From Phoronis australis (taxonomy: Eukaryota > Animalia > Phoronida), in the NCBI GenBank assembly GCA_002633005.1, contig NMRA01000012.1, positions 1,863,992 through 1,927,991 on the forward strand: DNA of 64,000 nucleotides, written 5' to 3'. Numbering within the stretch: the first letter of the stretch is position 1; each line of letters begins with the position of its first letter. Of the stretch, positions 63,280-64,000 are shown one piece after another. Below the pieces are notes generated by a model, which saw only the letters and a list, made by a program, of their open reading frames with translations, searched no databases and was not told where the DNA came from. The position numbers and the translations under genes are program-made.

Positions 63280-63745
63280 GATGAATTTGATATTGACGGG
63301 AGGCTCAAATAATAATTGTAAAGTTGGTTACGATCGTGCGGGAGGTGAAGTTGGTTGCGATCTGAGACGGGCTGAAACACCGGGTTGGTTGGTTACCTAC
63401 CAGGGGTAACATTAACGACCTAACCTGAGGTGAATTAGGTGAGGATCTGATGGAAGGTGAGAATGATGATGACGACCTGACATGGTGTGGGTGAAATCGA
63501 TGATGACGTGAAAGGAAGTAGTTGTTGACAACTTGGTTATAGTTAACTGACCACCTTACGGAAGGTGAAGTCGATGATGTCCTGACGGGAGGTAAAGTTT
63601 AAGTGACGATTAGACGGAAGTTGAAATTGGTGATAACCTGACGGGAGACGAAGCCTTGATGACGACCTGACGGATGGTGAAATTGGTGATACTCTGTCGG
63701 GAAGTGAAGTTGGTCACTTCTGGTCGGAGGGGAAAGTTGATGATC
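63280..63745. repeat. Degenerate ~27 bp minisatellite (ACCTGACGGGAGGTGAAGTTGGTGATG-like) in GH1 intron 3
   Basis: Recurring CCTGACGG and GGTGAA units. Confidence 0.75.
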
Positions 63746-63873
63746 GGGGAGAACAGAAAAAAATAAATTTTAATCCACGCCACCAGGCTTGTGATCGAGA
63801 CCCCAGTTCAAACTTCTGGGGAGCCAGCACTCGTTTGTGGTTTCAGGTTTAGTCACGTCATTTTCTTCAACAG

Positions 63874-64000
63874 GTGAAACACTGGTTGACATTCAACGAG
63901 CCTTGGTGCTCAACAGCTCTGGGCTACGGAAATGGTCAACATGCGCCCGGCATAACAAAAGCGGCTACCGGCCCGTACCAAGCAGCACACACTGTCATAC
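63874..64000 (+). CDS. GH1 exon 4, partial ([10 protein letters not shown], catalytic acid/base)
   Basis: Acceptor ttcaacag and the TFNEP motif; runs off the window. Confidence 0.96.
   Translation, partial: MKHWLTFNEPWCSTALGYGNGQHAPGITKAATGPYQAAHTVI

Overview
Eukaryotic, AT-rich, intron-containing animal genomic DNA. It is most likely from a marine lophotrochozoan such as a mollusc (inference from gene and repeat content), and it has one assembly gap (3618-3878). Four host genes are supported. (1) SSRP1, the FACT subunit, on the - strand: 10 in-phase coding exons from 14141 to 6350, a candidate 18-nt microexon, and the 3' part outside the window. (2) A divergently oriented 1030-aa poly-zinc-finger gene with a 13-aa tandem repeat domain (19639-22731). 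(3) An intronless rhodopsin-class peptide-receptor-like GPCR (28729-29847). (4) The first four exons of a secreted glycoside hydrolase family 1 gene (58966-64000). The rest is largely decayed transposons: two pogo-like DDE elements, Helentron-associated HINE-like elements, Penelope, L1/Tx1, BEL/Pao, PIF1 helicase fragments, an intron-containing P-element transposase, a THAP remnant, a tRNA-derived SINE and many MITE palindromes. The most interesting observations are convergently oriented, phased arrays of CTCF-like motifs carried by HINE elements that bracket the SSRP1 5' half and the ZNF gene, an SSRP1 microexon, a filled/empty transposon site pair, a MITE forming the GH1 proximal promoter, a second phased motif array in the GH1 intron, and minimal hammerhead-like motifs. 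No CRISPR, rRNA or intact tRNA was seen. All family assignments come from motif recognition, not database searches.
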